Source: Trichosphaerium sp. ATCC 40318
Taxonomy: Eukaryota; Protista; Tubulinea
NCBI GenBank assembly: GCA_038496445.1
Contig: JALMLS010000578.1
Span: 248,001 to 312,000 of the forward strand
Reading direction: 5' to 3'
DNA: 64,000 bases
Positions 13,650-29,560 of the stretch are shown one piece after another; position 1 is the first letter of the stretch; each line of letters opens with the position of its first letter. Below the pieces are notes generated by a model that ran no database searches, was not told where the DNA came from, and worked only from the letters and a program-made list of their open reading frames with translations. Made by a program: the position numbers and the translations under genes.

Positions 13650-14321
13650 TGTTTTGAACGCAAATACAAAAAGAAGAGCTATTATTGTGTTTTCGCGGGG
13701 TTTTACTCACCACTGACGCTACAATTGACTCCGCATACGTGAAAGAGTGCATTTGAGGCTTGTTTGAAAAATGGTAGTTTTTCATCTGTTGCGAAAACAA
13801 GAACCAACGAATGCATTCGTTACCACAACAACTATTAATGAACTACAGCCACTTTACAGTCATTTTTCATCAATCCCACTTTTTTTTTTTTCAATCTTCA
13901 GCAGATGCATAAAACCACAATCCTTTCACTTTACTAATCGAGGTGCATAGTTGTCGTGCTTCCCAACTGCCTGATTGGTCATTGATATACTTCGTTTTAA
14001 TGTTGGGAGCTAGTGTTTTAATACTTCGTTTCATACTTCGCAATCTAAAACCGACAGCTCCTTAAACCAATCTACAATGACCCACCTAAACGGTGTGGCG
14101 CTGCTGACCAGCCCGCGTTTCCCGCCGCGATGGCGCGAGAACGCGGCGGTAGTAGCGGCCACTCCAGTACGGTGTACCGTCAGGTGGTTAATACTTCGAA
14201 AAGCCATTCTTCTGAACAACCCCTTTGTGCAGCCAGGAGATGAGCAAATCATCTCTGTGGCAGTAACCAACAATTTGGTTACAGTGTACATCCGAGGCAC
14301 ACTACGCGACCACCTCTTTTT
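13650..14321. repeat. Right arm of the ~650-bp inverted repeat (partner 4914-5560)
   Basis: Direct sequence comparison with 4914-5560. Confidence 0.95.
14050..14321 (+). ncRNA. Putative structured ncRNA, copy B (family unassigned)
   Basis: Helices: CCACCT/AGGTGG (14082-87/14182-87), ACGGT/ACCGT, GTGGC/GCCAC, CCGCGTT/AACGCGG (14113-19/14140-46), AGATGA/TCATCT and GTAACCAA/TTGGTTAC. Ends GACCACCTC-TTTTT. Confidence 0.5.
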
Positions 14322-14458
14322 GCATTTTTACTCTGAAACCTACATAGTTCAGCTTACATAACAAGGTTAACAACTAACTCCCTTCAAAATAACCGCACAT
14401 GGATCAAAGCAATAATGGTTTTATTTGTTGTTTATCTTACTATTTGTTTATAGGTTCT

Positions 14459-17375
<2,917 letters not shown>

Positions 17376-18363
17376 TTCTGGAAGTGTTGTAATGTATTAC
17401 TGCAAGTTTCAGATTTGTTGTTTTTTTGTACTCAGTTTGTGGACTGCAGTTTGTGAACGTATCCTTGTCGCTGCTAGCGCCATTTGCGGCCGTAACGACT
17501 AGCGCAAGTTTATAGCTAGTAAATAAAACTGCAGTATAATACGTACGTGTGTGCACGTCAGTTCAGGAAGGCGAAACTTGTCCAACTTTTGTTTACAACT
17601 TTACAAAAAACTGTCTGTCGTAAGAATTACAGAATACGCGCTAGTGAAGTCTCGCTTTATTTGTTTATATTACAATATTCGCAGAGTATACTCCCATGGG
17701 GTAGTACTTCGGTATAAAAGAAAACATGAAAGAAATAGACACAGCTACGGAGAAAAAAAAACTACGCTATCACGTGATTATTTTTAGACCTCAAGTTACA
17801 ATACATAAAGGAAACGGAACAGGCGTCGTGTAAAGTTCCTCCGCGTCTCGAAACGGTAGCGTGTGTTGACATGCTTTTTGTTAGTGGTTTATATCCATGA
17901 CACAGTAGACACAAGCCAACGGCCATTTCGAATGCAATACAAAAACCGACAGCTGTAACGTGAGTAAAACTGGTGCTCAATAAGCCGAAAATTGGAAGCT
18001 AGCTATTTTGAGTGAGGGATTACATTGGTTTACTTTGTAACAACCTGTTTCTAGCAATGGCCTAATGCTACAAAACCCTCTTTGAAAAAATAATCTCGCT
18101 CGCTGTATTCGGTTGAAAAGATCTACCGAAAAACAATCTTTTTGTGAGCTCATTTAGATTTGCATTGGCGCAAAGTTGTTGAGTGTAGTTATACAGGGTT
18201 AACCAACACACTGCTTGTGTTTTATTAAACGCTCATTTTATTGAACAAGAAAACAGAAAACAGGGTAAAAAAAGTTTCTGCAGTAGCTACTAAGGTTGCA
18301 TGAAGTTAAAAAAGATTTACATTAACCTGATTTTAATTTATTCTTTTTGTGTTTTGATCTTAC

Positions 18364-21300
18364 TTACATACTCAGTCTCCTAACACAAGGTGTACGCCCA
18401 TCAGCGTATACAGGTGGTTCCACCACTATAGGTACTACTTGAAGAGGTGCAGTGGTGGGTCCAGACTATAAAAGTTAGAGAAGGGCAACTACCATGGGCT
18501 GTTAATAGTTTGACGTACAATTACTTCAATGTTCATATCAGCTAGAGCGTTAATGAACGCTGCCACCGCGTCTGGATCACTTAGAAAGTTACGAACAATT
18601 TCAGCAACACTCAGTGTGCTCCCTTAGAATAACAGTAAGAAAAGGAGAGGTTACAAGGAGCGTGTTTACCTCCATTGGAGTTTATCGTAATATCAATAAC
18701 TGTCCCAACTTGTCGTTTAGATAGGATGTCAGGTACAAAGTTATTCTGAGAAGCGCTTCCGGAACCAAGCGGTAATCCAAGTAACTGCAACAATATGTTC
18801 AGTAGTGTATTCAATAAATCACTTTGTATAGGCGATAGGAGGTCTATAAAGAATCGTATGACAGCTAAGTAAAAAAATGAGCAAAAAAAAAAGAAAGAGA
18901 TAGTTCTATCAAACCTAGTTGCTGTGGGCATTCAACGCTCGGGTCAGTTGGATCAATAACAACTTCACCATCCTAAAAGAAGAAATAAGCGAACCTCCAA
19001 CCATTAACTAAGTTATCAACATACGCCAGCGACCCACAGTGAAGGTGAAGTGAACAAGAATTCAAAAGTACCATCAGCAGGATAGAAAGCAGGCGTAGGA
19101 CCAAACGATGTTGGTACACTATTCAAACCCGGTGGGGTCATTGAGTTTGGATCTGTTGTGTTCAACGCGTTAGTAGTTAAGATAATAAAGGACTCAAAAA
19201 ACAGTACCTGGAGTAGATGGCTCTGTGGACGTCCATCCCAAGTGTGCAGTGAAAGTACCATCTTGATTATCTGTTATACAATCTAGTCGTGGTAGAAAAG
19301 GGATTGAAGCAGGAGGTTGAGTTGTTGGTGCTTCTGTTGTCGGCGGTTCTGTGACAGGAGGTTCTGTTGTAGGTGACTCTACTGGAGTAACTGATAATGG
19401 CGGATAGCAGCTTCCGTATGCGTCTTCATCAACAGGAATGTTGCTTGTGATACCATAATGAGTGTTGAAGTAGCTCTCTACCATCTCTATCTCTTCTGTA
19501 CTGAGTATTCTATCGTATACAATAACTTCAGCAACTTCCCAATATGCTCTGTACACCGTAGTATCGGAGAAGTTGTTGATTGTAAAGTGATCAGTATCTG
19601 TAGGATTACCTTGTATCACTGATCGGGTAAGGTTCAAACCATTTCCTCTGTAACTTGTTCGTTGAGATACAGAGAGTACCCATTCGAGTCCAAACCTGTC
19701 AACTTTTTCTGTGATAAACACTTTATTTAGCATTCCACTTCCAGCGACTCCAGCCGTATGTTCTTCATGTCCAGAGAACCACATATTAGGGTCTCTAGCT
19801 GTAAATATACGACCTCTGTTAATATTAGAGGTGTAACTATAAAAGAGTTAGCACAAGCTTTTTTGCTTTATGAAGGTGATTAAACAGTACCGGCTGAGTC
19901 CAAAGAATGTCATTGAGGCTCCTATCGCACCATCAAAGTCAAAGGAATCTCCTAGTTGACCACCAACAATGTTGTACTCTTTGCCGTTTTCAAAGATCCT
20001 TGACAGTATTCTTGGAGTTCCTGCTATTGATGTAGAAGTATGGCCATTACCAGACATGTCAAGCCATACATTACTAATGTCATTGAATGAGTCTCCTGTT
20101 ATCCATGTATAAACGCTATCATTCAATGGCAAACAAGTAGTAAATTTAGGTGTAGGCGAGACAGTTGTCACTGGTTGGTTGGTCGGAGGATCTGTTCTTG
20201 GTGGAAGTGTAAAAGCTGGAGGCTGTGTTGTAGGCGGAGGTGTAACGGGTACAGGTGGATAACAACTTCCATATGTGGCTTCATCAACAGGAATGTTATT
20301 TGTAATGCCATAGTGAGTGTTAAAGTAGTTTTCAACCATCTCTATCTCTTCCGTGTTGAGTACTCTATCATATACAAGCACCTCAGCAACTTCCCAATCC
20401 GAACGCTGTGAACCTGCCATGTAGTTGTTGATTGTGAAGTGATCAGGGAAGTCGGTGACACCTTCAAGAGTTGATCGGGTCAGGTTCAGACCGTTCGCTC
20501 TGTAACTTGTTCTTTGAGACACTGACAATACCCATGAGTCTCCAAAAGTGTCTTCAAGATCTGTAAGCAGAACTGATCCACTTGTAAGCTCGTTGTAACC
20601 ATTCCCAGCAACTCCAGCAAACGTTGCAAGATGCCCAGAGAACCAATTTGTTGGCGCTTTAGTTGTAAAGATACGTGCACGAGATGGACCAGTGTACCTA
20701 CAGTAGAGTCAGTCACGTGATTATTATCTTAATACTGTTTTAGTAATAATTTCGTACCTGCTCATTCCAAAGAACGTCATTGCTTCACCTATTGCTCCAT
20801 TGAAGTCCAGAGAATCCCCTTGTCCACCTGCTACACTTTTGTATACTTTACCATTTTCGTATGTATTTTGTAGTATCCTTGGGTTACCGCCTACCTGCGT
20901 AGAACTATGGCCACAACCGGATTTATCAATCCACACTCTGTTATCCGGATCATATGAGTCTCCTCTAAGCCATGTGTATACATTATAAGTTAGTGGTAAA
21001 CAACCTATTTCAAGAGGAGGGTAGCAACTTCCGTAAGACACTTCATCAACAGGAATGTTATTTGTAATGCCATAGTGAGTGTTGAAATAGCTCTCTACCA
21101 TCCTTATCTCTTCTGTGTTGAGAAGTCTGTTGTATACGATAATCTCAGCTACTTCCCAATCAGAACGCTGTGAACCTGGCATGTAGTTGTTGATTGTGAA
21201 GTGATCTGGATCATCAGGAACGCCTTCAAGATTTGGTATTGTAAGGTCTACGCCATTTGCTCTGTAGTTTCGAATTTGAGATACAGACAACACCCATCCA

Positions 21301-24300
21301 TCTCCGTATCTATCCATTTTGTCTGTAAGCCATACGGGACCGCCTGTTGCCTGATTGTATCCGTTACCACCAACCCCAGCAAACCCTGAAACATGTCCAG
21401 AGTACCAGTTTGTTGGTGAACGAGTTGTAATAATTCTCTGACGAATATCACTTGTATATCTACAATCACGTGTCAGTAATGAACCAAGCTTTAATAAGGT
21501 AGATTTTGTTTTCTATGTTCGTACCTGGTTAGACCAAAGAATGTCATTGAATCTCCTATGGCTCCATCAAAGTCAAAGGAATCTTCAAGATTACCAGACA
21601 CTATTTTGTAGATTTTACCGTTACTGAAAGCTTTCCGTACTGCTTCTGGAGTTCCTCCTGTTGCAGTAGAATGGTGACCATTACCAGAATTGTCAACCCA
21701 TACTTTTCTATCTGTATCATAAGAGTCTCCTGTGAGCCGCGTGTATACACTGTCTCTGTGTGGTAAACAACTCAATAGAGTTATAGGCGGGTAGCAACTA
21801 GCATACAAAGCTGAATTATAAAAGAGAGAAGGCCAAACGACATAGTGAGTACTTAAGTAAGTCTCTACCAGCTGTATCTCTTGAGTGCTGAGTAGTCTAT
21901 CGTATACAATAACTTCAGCAACTTCCCAATGAGAACGCTGTGAACCTTCCAAGTAGTTGTTGATTGTGAAATGATCAGGGTCATCAATAAAGCCTTCAAA
22001 TCTTGATAGTGTACCGGAAAGACCATTCCCTCTATAGATTCTTCGCTGAGATACAGAGATCAGCCATGCCTCTTGCCAAAAATCAAAATCATGTGGTGTG
22101 AGAAGCACTGGACCTCCTGTCAATGGGTTATGCCCATTTCCAGCAACAGCAGTCAATGAGTTTAGGTGCCCAGAGTACCAATTCGTTGGCGAACGTGAAG
22201 TAAATATCCGTTGTCTAAACGTGTCATTTGTGCTTGTGTATCTAAAGAAGTAACAATGAGTTGCTGGTTCATGTTCATAGCTTAAGGTAAAAAGATTTAT
22301 ACCTGCTGACACCAAAGAACGTCATGTAATCGCCTATCGCGCCATCAAAGTCAAAGGAATCTTCAAGTTGACCAGAAACAGTGTAGTAGGTTTTATCGTT
22401 TGGAAATTCTTTTTCTTCTTTTATTGGATTGCCGCCGGTTGCAGTAGAGCTGTGGCCATTACCAGAAACGTCATGCCATACTTTTGTAACGTTATCATAT
22501 GAATCACCTCTAAGCCACGTGAACACACTATCGCTAAGTGGTACGCAGTCATCGATAGTAAAAGGAGCTGTAGGAGCTGTGGTAGGTTGAGTTGTTGGCG
22601 AAGCTGTTGGAGCAACAGTTGTAACTGATATAGGAGGGTAGCAACTTCCGTAAGACACTTCATCAACAGGAATGTTATTTGTAATGCCATAGTGAGTGTT
22701 AAAGTAGCTTTCGACCATCTCTATCTCTTCTGCGTTGAGTACTCTATCATATACAAGCACCTCAGCAACTTCCCATTCCGAACGCTGTGGATATACAATT
22801 GTTGTATACGGTATAACTATTGTAGGTCTATACTTGTTGATCGTAAAATGGCTAAGCTCAGCAGGAATGCCTTCTAGAATAGGCAATGTCAAGTTTAAAC
22901 CATTTGCTCTGTAATTGGAATGTTGAGAGACAGACAACACCCAAGAATCTCCAAATCTATCTGTTAGCTCCGTAAGAGAAACTTGACCTGTGCCAGCAAC
23001 TCCAGAGAGCCCCGAAATATGTCCAGAAAACCAATTTGCTCCTACAAAGGCTTGAGAAGTAAATATCCGACCGCGATGTGTTCCATTGTATCTATCAATA
23101 AAAATTAGATGCAATTCAGATTCGTTTGGTTTCACGTGCTCACAGCACTGGTAATTTCGTACCTGCTCATTCCAAAGAATGTCATTGATCCGCCTATTGC
23201 TCCGTCGAAAGTGACAGTGTCTTTTTGTAAACCGGATACAGTTTTGTATACTTTTCCGTTATCAAAAGTTCTTTCTACCACTGTCGGAGCGCCATCTATG
23301 CTTGTAGCTCCGTGACCATTACCAGACAAATCAAGCCACACGCGATCAGTAGGATCATACGACTCTCCTGTAAGCCATGTATGTACATTATCGCGCAATG
23401 GTAAGCAAGTAGATTCACGTGTAGCAGGTGGGGAAGGCGAAAAAGTTGGAGCAACTGTTGCAGTTGATGATATTGGAGGGTAGCAACTACCGTATAGAGC
23501 TTCATCAACAGGAATGTTAGCCGTGATACCATAGTTTGTGTTCAAGTAACTTTCGACCATCTCAATCTCTTCTGTACTGAGTAACCTGTCATAAACAATA
23601 ATCTCCAGTACTTCCCAATCTGAACGTTGTGATTGGTTAAAATAATTATTGACTGTAAAGTGGTCAGGATCCTCGGGAGTGCCTTCAATGTTTGGTAGCG
23701 TTATGTTAACACCATTTGCTCTGTAATTAGTGAGTTGAGACACAGATAATACCCAACTGACTCCGAATTTATCTTCCAGATTTGTAAGAAAAACCGGTCC
23801 ATTTGTCCACACATTGAAGCCGTTTCCAGCAACTCCAGCAGAAGATCCATAATGCCCAGAGAACCAGCTCGATGGATGTCTAGATGTAAATATACGCCCA
23901 CCGCTTAAGCCAGGGTATCTAAGACATTGATTGAGTAAGTTTTTATCTTGAACATGATTCAAAAACGTGGTTGCTCTTTTTGGTCTTTGCGTTCGTACCT
24001 ACTGACCCCAAAAAACGTCATTGAGTCACCTATGGCCCCATCAAAGTCAATGGAATCTCCCTTTACACCATGCATTACATGGTGCCTTTTGCCGTTTGAA
24101 AAAGTGTGTTGGAAATACGTTGGATTGCCTGTCACTGAGGTAGAATGATGGCCATTACCAGATACGTCCTCCCACACTGTGCCAGAGTTGTATGTAACAT
24201 ACGAGTCACCTCTTATCCATGTATAAACACTATCGCTTAGGGGCAAGCAACAGTTACAAGATGCTGTGGTACGTATTACGTATAATACAAGAGTGAGAAA

Positions 24301-24324
24301 CAACACGCTACGATAAGGTGTCAT
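18364..24324 (-). CDS. Large secreted protein with six tandem ConA/LamG-like beta-sandwich domains, P/T linkers and C-terminal CVRRLSM
   Basis: Signal peptide MTPYRSVLFLTLVLYVIRTTAS. Six units of CLPL.D.VYTW..GDSY..W.D.SGNGH...SR|Y...SDWEVAEV.VYDR.L..EE..VE.Y..HY, each with an intron at the same R|Y position. Last exon SGPTTAPLQVVPIVVEPPVYADGRTPCVRRLSM*. The fold assignment is inference. Confidence 0.85.
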
Positions 24325-25541
24325 TTCAGTCTGTACTTCAGTTTTTTTAGTGTACTTGAATAGAGTACACAGTTTTACTATTGCGCGACGCATTCCGTAA
24401 AAACTACCAAGAAAAATACTACCAAAAGCCATTGTCGCAAAAACAGAAAAAACCACGTGATTAATTAATGCTTTACAGCGTCCAAAATACAAAATAAAAA
24501 AAAAGGTAAATATTTAGTACCCACTTTTTGAATCACTTGTTTTCACTCCCGTGGACATAATATATAAATTTTACCTCAGTGCCGCGCTAACAGTTGTATG
24601 TTATCGTCTTTGTGAGGTAGATAACTACAGTAAAACGGCAACCGATATGGGCAGTCGATAACTTTCATAAAACATGAATTACGCAATCTTTACCCAAAAC
24701 CAGGGACAATCGCTAAGGGCACGTGAAAGTAGTAATAAAAACTTAAAGAACTCACAAATCTGTAATGTAGTAAAGTAGTTGTCAAAGAATATTATAAAAA
24801 CGTCACAACTAGTCATATTACAGATCGTGGAAAGTTGTGAAAGCGGAATGGAAAAAAAATTTGCAATTTTGAAGAAAAAACTTACTTTATTAAAGTAGCG
24901 CAAAACAACATTAGAATTACAAATGCCTACGCACAGGAAGTAACAAGGGCTCGCTTATTCTTGAATTTACTTCTAAAAAACTTATGCGAATCTGGAAAGA
25001 CGAGCGGGTAGGATCAAATATTCTCTGAGCTCCATCAGTTTTCTAAAAGTAGAGCAATGAAGAAAGTTTTTTGTGTCAAGTGAGATATTGTCTTTGCAAA
25101 AAAAAATAACGAGCAAAATAGCACTTGCACTGATTAGAGTGTACCCAGAACACCATTTGTTCACGACGAGGCACGTACGTATTTATTCAGCGGCAACAAC
25201 AGATATCACGATGAAATCTACATACAAGTACCCATCTACCCAAGAGTTAATCAGGCATCAGGAATAGGTAACAAAAACAAACCAACGTACGCGATGAGCC
25301 AAACAATTGTCAAAAGTGCGAAATTTAACTCTGGACGCTTCCAGACCAACGTGGCAGAGCGTTGTCATACTTTATGTAACCAATCCGAATAAAATCACGT
25401 GATCAAATTGTGATAAATCACGCAAAGATATAGCAACTGGGTACTGTAAAAGCCTCTATTACATTCGTATGCTAGTTACCGAACAACATTGAGGTCAACG
25501 TAAGTGTACAACGATTAACTCAGAAAAACGAACAAATCGTC

Positions 25542-26354
25542 ATGTCAACAGCTATAGATATTCTCTTCCTTGCTCCTGATACAGTAAACTTTGATTATCT
25601 AAAAGAATACGTACAAGCGCATAAGACAGAGTCTGCTCTAGCCTTGGAACTGTACGTTAAAGCTTTTTTTGCTTAATTAATTCGTACAAGGCATAGAACC
25701 GCGCATCTACCACCAAAGACGCGAGAAGGTGAATGTTTGAAGAGTTTGTACGTGTTGTTTACATTTGTTTTAGGTCGCCAGTTTATCGACTTTCTGGTTA
25801 TTATCGTACGGTTTAACGCACCAAGTGGTATCTAAACGCTATTAGGTGGACATGCGGTCAAAAACGTCTGTAGAGCTTTTACAACATGCGTTACCACATT
25901 GTGCTTTGCGACAATATATTGGCCGTATGGCTATTGTGGTTTCAAACCGTACGAATCGATTTTAAAAGTTTTTGGCGCAATTTAAAGGAAGCTTGCTCAC
26001 AGTGGTTTAGACGAAGATGAAACACAACACGCATTTCCTTTTTCGATGGTAGAAGGGCTAATAGAGACTTTGGAGCTACAACCGCATTACACCCAGTTAA
26101 ACTCAAGAGAAGTATCTAGACATACTGCAGGCAGACTTATGAGGTGAACAGACATTTTAGAGCTATTTCGTTGGCGGCCGTTGAACTGATAAGTTTGTAG
26201 GGATATTGAAATGGTTGCTGGCGTGTCTCCGTTATCTCCTTTGCAAGCGAGTTCGTTTGTGTTGTATTAATAATTTATAAACCTGTATACACTTGTAAAA
26301 ACATATAAATCACTAGTAGAAGGTGTTCAACACGTTCTTTTAGAATTCCGTTAA
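25542..26354 (+). CDS. Hypothetical protein, ~6 short introns (3' end approximate)
   Basis: ATG 25542 MSTAIDILFLAPDTVNFDYLKEYVQAHK..., followed by a chain of ~40-50 nt GT-AG introns linking open exons. Confidence 0.55.
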
Positions 26355-26396
26355 GTGTGAGTTAAGTATAGAATTCATTGCGCCGTTACATCAAGT

Positions 26397-29204
26397 ATGC
26401 TTCTTAGAGGTGAGTTTACGATCATCTATAAGCTATTCGCATTGTTGTGTCCTCACACATGATCATTTGCTGAGATACGGCTATTAGGAGCGCGTTTTGC
26501 GCGTAAGACTGTAACAAAACAGTATGCAAGGCATTTACAAACAACAAGTCGTTTGTTGGCACCTGATGAAGAAAACGCCAAGGAAACACCAAAGGACGAT
26601 AAGAAAACCAATTGCGGTACGTATACGTTATTGTATGCTAAACAGCGGTGACATGACATTAAATTAGATTATAATCTTCACCCTTGGCTTGCAAACCTTG
26701 GAATTACCGAAACAGTAAACCATGGTGTATTTAATGGTGTTTGGGAGCAAGGCAATGGAGAAACGGTTGATAATAAGACACCACACTGTCAAACTACAAT
26801 TGCAGGCGTCTCCTTTGGTACCAAAGATGATTACGAAGTATGCGTCAAAAACGCAGCTGAAGCTCAAAAAGAATGGCGTGAGGTATGTAAAAACGCTTAA
26901 AAACATCGTCATAGTGCACAACACAAAGCGGAAACGTTAAAGACGCGCTTATCAGCCACTTTACTACAAATCTCAACGTTTTTTTAAACTTTTCGTTTTG
27001 CTGAAAGCGCACGGCACACAGGGCTTCCAAGATCCTGTCTTTTGATGCCTTGTTGTTTGGTGTTGTTCTCATATTATTTTCAATCCAGTTGCCAATGCCT
27101 ACTCGTGGTGATATTGTAAGACAAATAGGTGAAGCATTGCGTGAAAAAAAGAAAGATTTAGGAAAACTTGTCTCCTTGGAGGTTGGTAAAATTCTATCAG
27201 AAGGTGAGCTATATTTTTAGTAAGGCTATTTGGGTATTCCTGGATGTACAAGTATTTTTAGAACGGAGCACTTCGCTAAACAATGTTTTTTTTTCTGTTT
27301 TTTTTTTTGCCTTATTTGTTGTTTAGGTGAAGGAGAAGTTCAAGAGTTTATTGACATTTGTGATTTTGCTGTTGGATTGAGTAGGTATGTACATGCGAAG
27401 TAGATACATGTAAGTCCTCAGTTCTAATTTTTTTAATTTTAGAACGTTAAACGGACAAGTATTACCTTCAGAGAGTACGTTGTGGGTTACTTTTGTTTTA
27501 ATTGACGTTTGTGTAGGACCTAATCATAGATTGCTTGAAGTATGGAACCCTCTTGGTACTGTTGGTATCATTACAGCATTTAATTTCCCAGTTGCTGTAT
27601 TTGGATGGAACGCAGCAATCAGCCTTGTTTGTGGTAACAGTCATGTATGGTAAGGATCAAAATTTATTCTTTGATTTATTTCCCCATCTCACCTCGTTTG
27701 CCTTGTTCAGGAAACCTGCTCCAACAACTCCATTGACTTCTATTGCTACACAAAAAATTGTAGTAGATGTTTTGAACGCTAATAAAGTAAATCCAGCTGT
27801 AGCAACTATGATACTTGGTGGTAAGTTTGCTTTTCTTTTTTTTTTTCCTGGTTTTTTGGTCTACTTGTGTTGTTGTATATCTTAATATAGTTTAGATAGT
27901 ACTGTCGGAGAAAGCATAGCGGCTGACCCTAGAATGCCACTAGTATCATTCACAGGATCTACTAGAGTGCGTTTGATTAACACAACTTTTGTTCTACATG
28001 TAGAGTTGCAAAATGTGTTCATATTTTTGTTAGGTTGGTAAACTCGTTAATAAGACTGTTGCTGGTCGTCTTGGTATGTATTTATTTTAGTGTTAACATG
28101 TATGTAACAAATGATTATAGGAAGATCTCTACTAGAACTCGGTGGAAACAACGCCATTCTTGGTACGAAATTATATTTTAGTGACTCTTTTTTTTACAGA
28201 AAAACTCATTCTAACGATATTTAGTTATGGAGAACTCTGATGTCGATATGGCTATTACATCTACCGCTTTTGCTGCTGTTGGAACAACAGGTCAACGTTG
28301 TACGAGCTGCAGACGTGCTGTATGTCGTAGTTTGGTTTATTTTTTCTGACTTTTTTTACAGTTTGTTCATGAAAGCGTATATGATAGATTCGTTGAAGGT
28401 CTTCAAAAAGCTTATGGTAAGATGGTTATTGGTAATCCTCTCAATGATAAAACAATGTGTGGACCATTACATAGTGCTGCAGCACTTGAACAATACGAGA
28501 AAACTCTTGTAGAAGCCAAGAAACAAGTACGTCGTATGTTTTTTTTTTACAGTTGTTTATTTTCATTTTAGGGCGGTAAGATACTGTATGGTGGTAATGT
28601 TATGAAAGAACATATGGGTCATTATGTAGAACCTACAATAGTATCAATATCTCCTGATGCTGAAGTTGTTCAGATGGAGACTTTTGCACCAATTTTGTAT
28701 ATTTCTAAAATTAACGCACGTGGAACTTTTATTTTTGTGATTTGACGAAAGTTTGACTTTGATGCGTTTTACTGATTATTGGGATTTAGAACTTGAATGA
28801 GGCTATTGCGCTCAATAACTCTGTTCCACAAGGACTCAGTTCTGCATTATTCTCAAAGGATTTGAATGATGTTATGCGATGGACAGGGTAAACAGTTCTT
28901 GCTTATGTATTTTATTTTTTCTCACTTTCTTTGCTTAGTCCTTCTGGTTCTGATTGTGGTATTATCAATGTCAACACATCTTGCAGTGGTGCTGAAATTG
29001 GAGGAGCTTTTGGTGGAGAAAAGGAGACAGGAGGCGGTCGCGAAAGTGGATCTGACGCTTGGAAACAAGTACGTTGTCTTTTGCTTTATTTTTTGTTCCT
29101 TGTTCGTATACTCATTTTTTATGTAGTATATGAGACGTGGTACTGTTACTATTAATCATGGAGAGAGCGTTGCTTTAGCTCAAGGTGTAGAATTTGATGT
29201 GTGA
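26397..29204 (+). CDS. ALDH7A1: Aldehyde dehydrogenase family 7 (antiquitin / alpha-aminoadipic semialdehyde dehydrogenase) with a mitochondrial-type presequence
   Basis: [119 protein letters not shown]...LAQGVEF. Arg-rich N-terminus [12 protein letters not shown]. Confidence 0.96.
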
Positions 29205-29316
29205 AGGAATAAAAGGGAGAAATTAGTTAACCATGTCTCACATTCCAAAAACTGAAAAAAACAAAAAAAAATTTAACGATCAGATGAACCCCAACTGTTA
29301 CTACACTCCATATGGA

Positions 29317-29560
29317 CCACAGTGCGCACCACCGCGCTGAAGTCCTCGTACACTTCAGGCAGAACCGAAAGGTACGACATGTTAGGAACTCGTTGCACGA
29401 CAACAGTGTGCACCACCACACTGAAGCCCTCGAATATAAGGCAGAAGGCACCGAAATGTACGAAATTGCAATGGTGACCTACGGTATGCACCACATACCG
29501 AAAAGTCCTCAAACATTATAAGCCTGCGCTGAAAGTTCGGAGTCACTGCAATGTACAACA
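29317..29560. repeat. Three degenerate tandem repeats of ~80 bp
   Basis: Units start near 29317, 29401 and 29479 and share CaGTgyGCACCAC...GAAGyCCTC...CyGAAA.GT. Confidence 0.7.

Noticed and set aside
26397-29204. Non-standard genetic code or stop-codon readthrough, prompted by fragmented ORFs and the odd CAA tRNA-like locus
   Set aside because: Apparent stops in ALDH7 and GH9 are removed by introns, and TTG occupies a conserved Leu position (VSLE).
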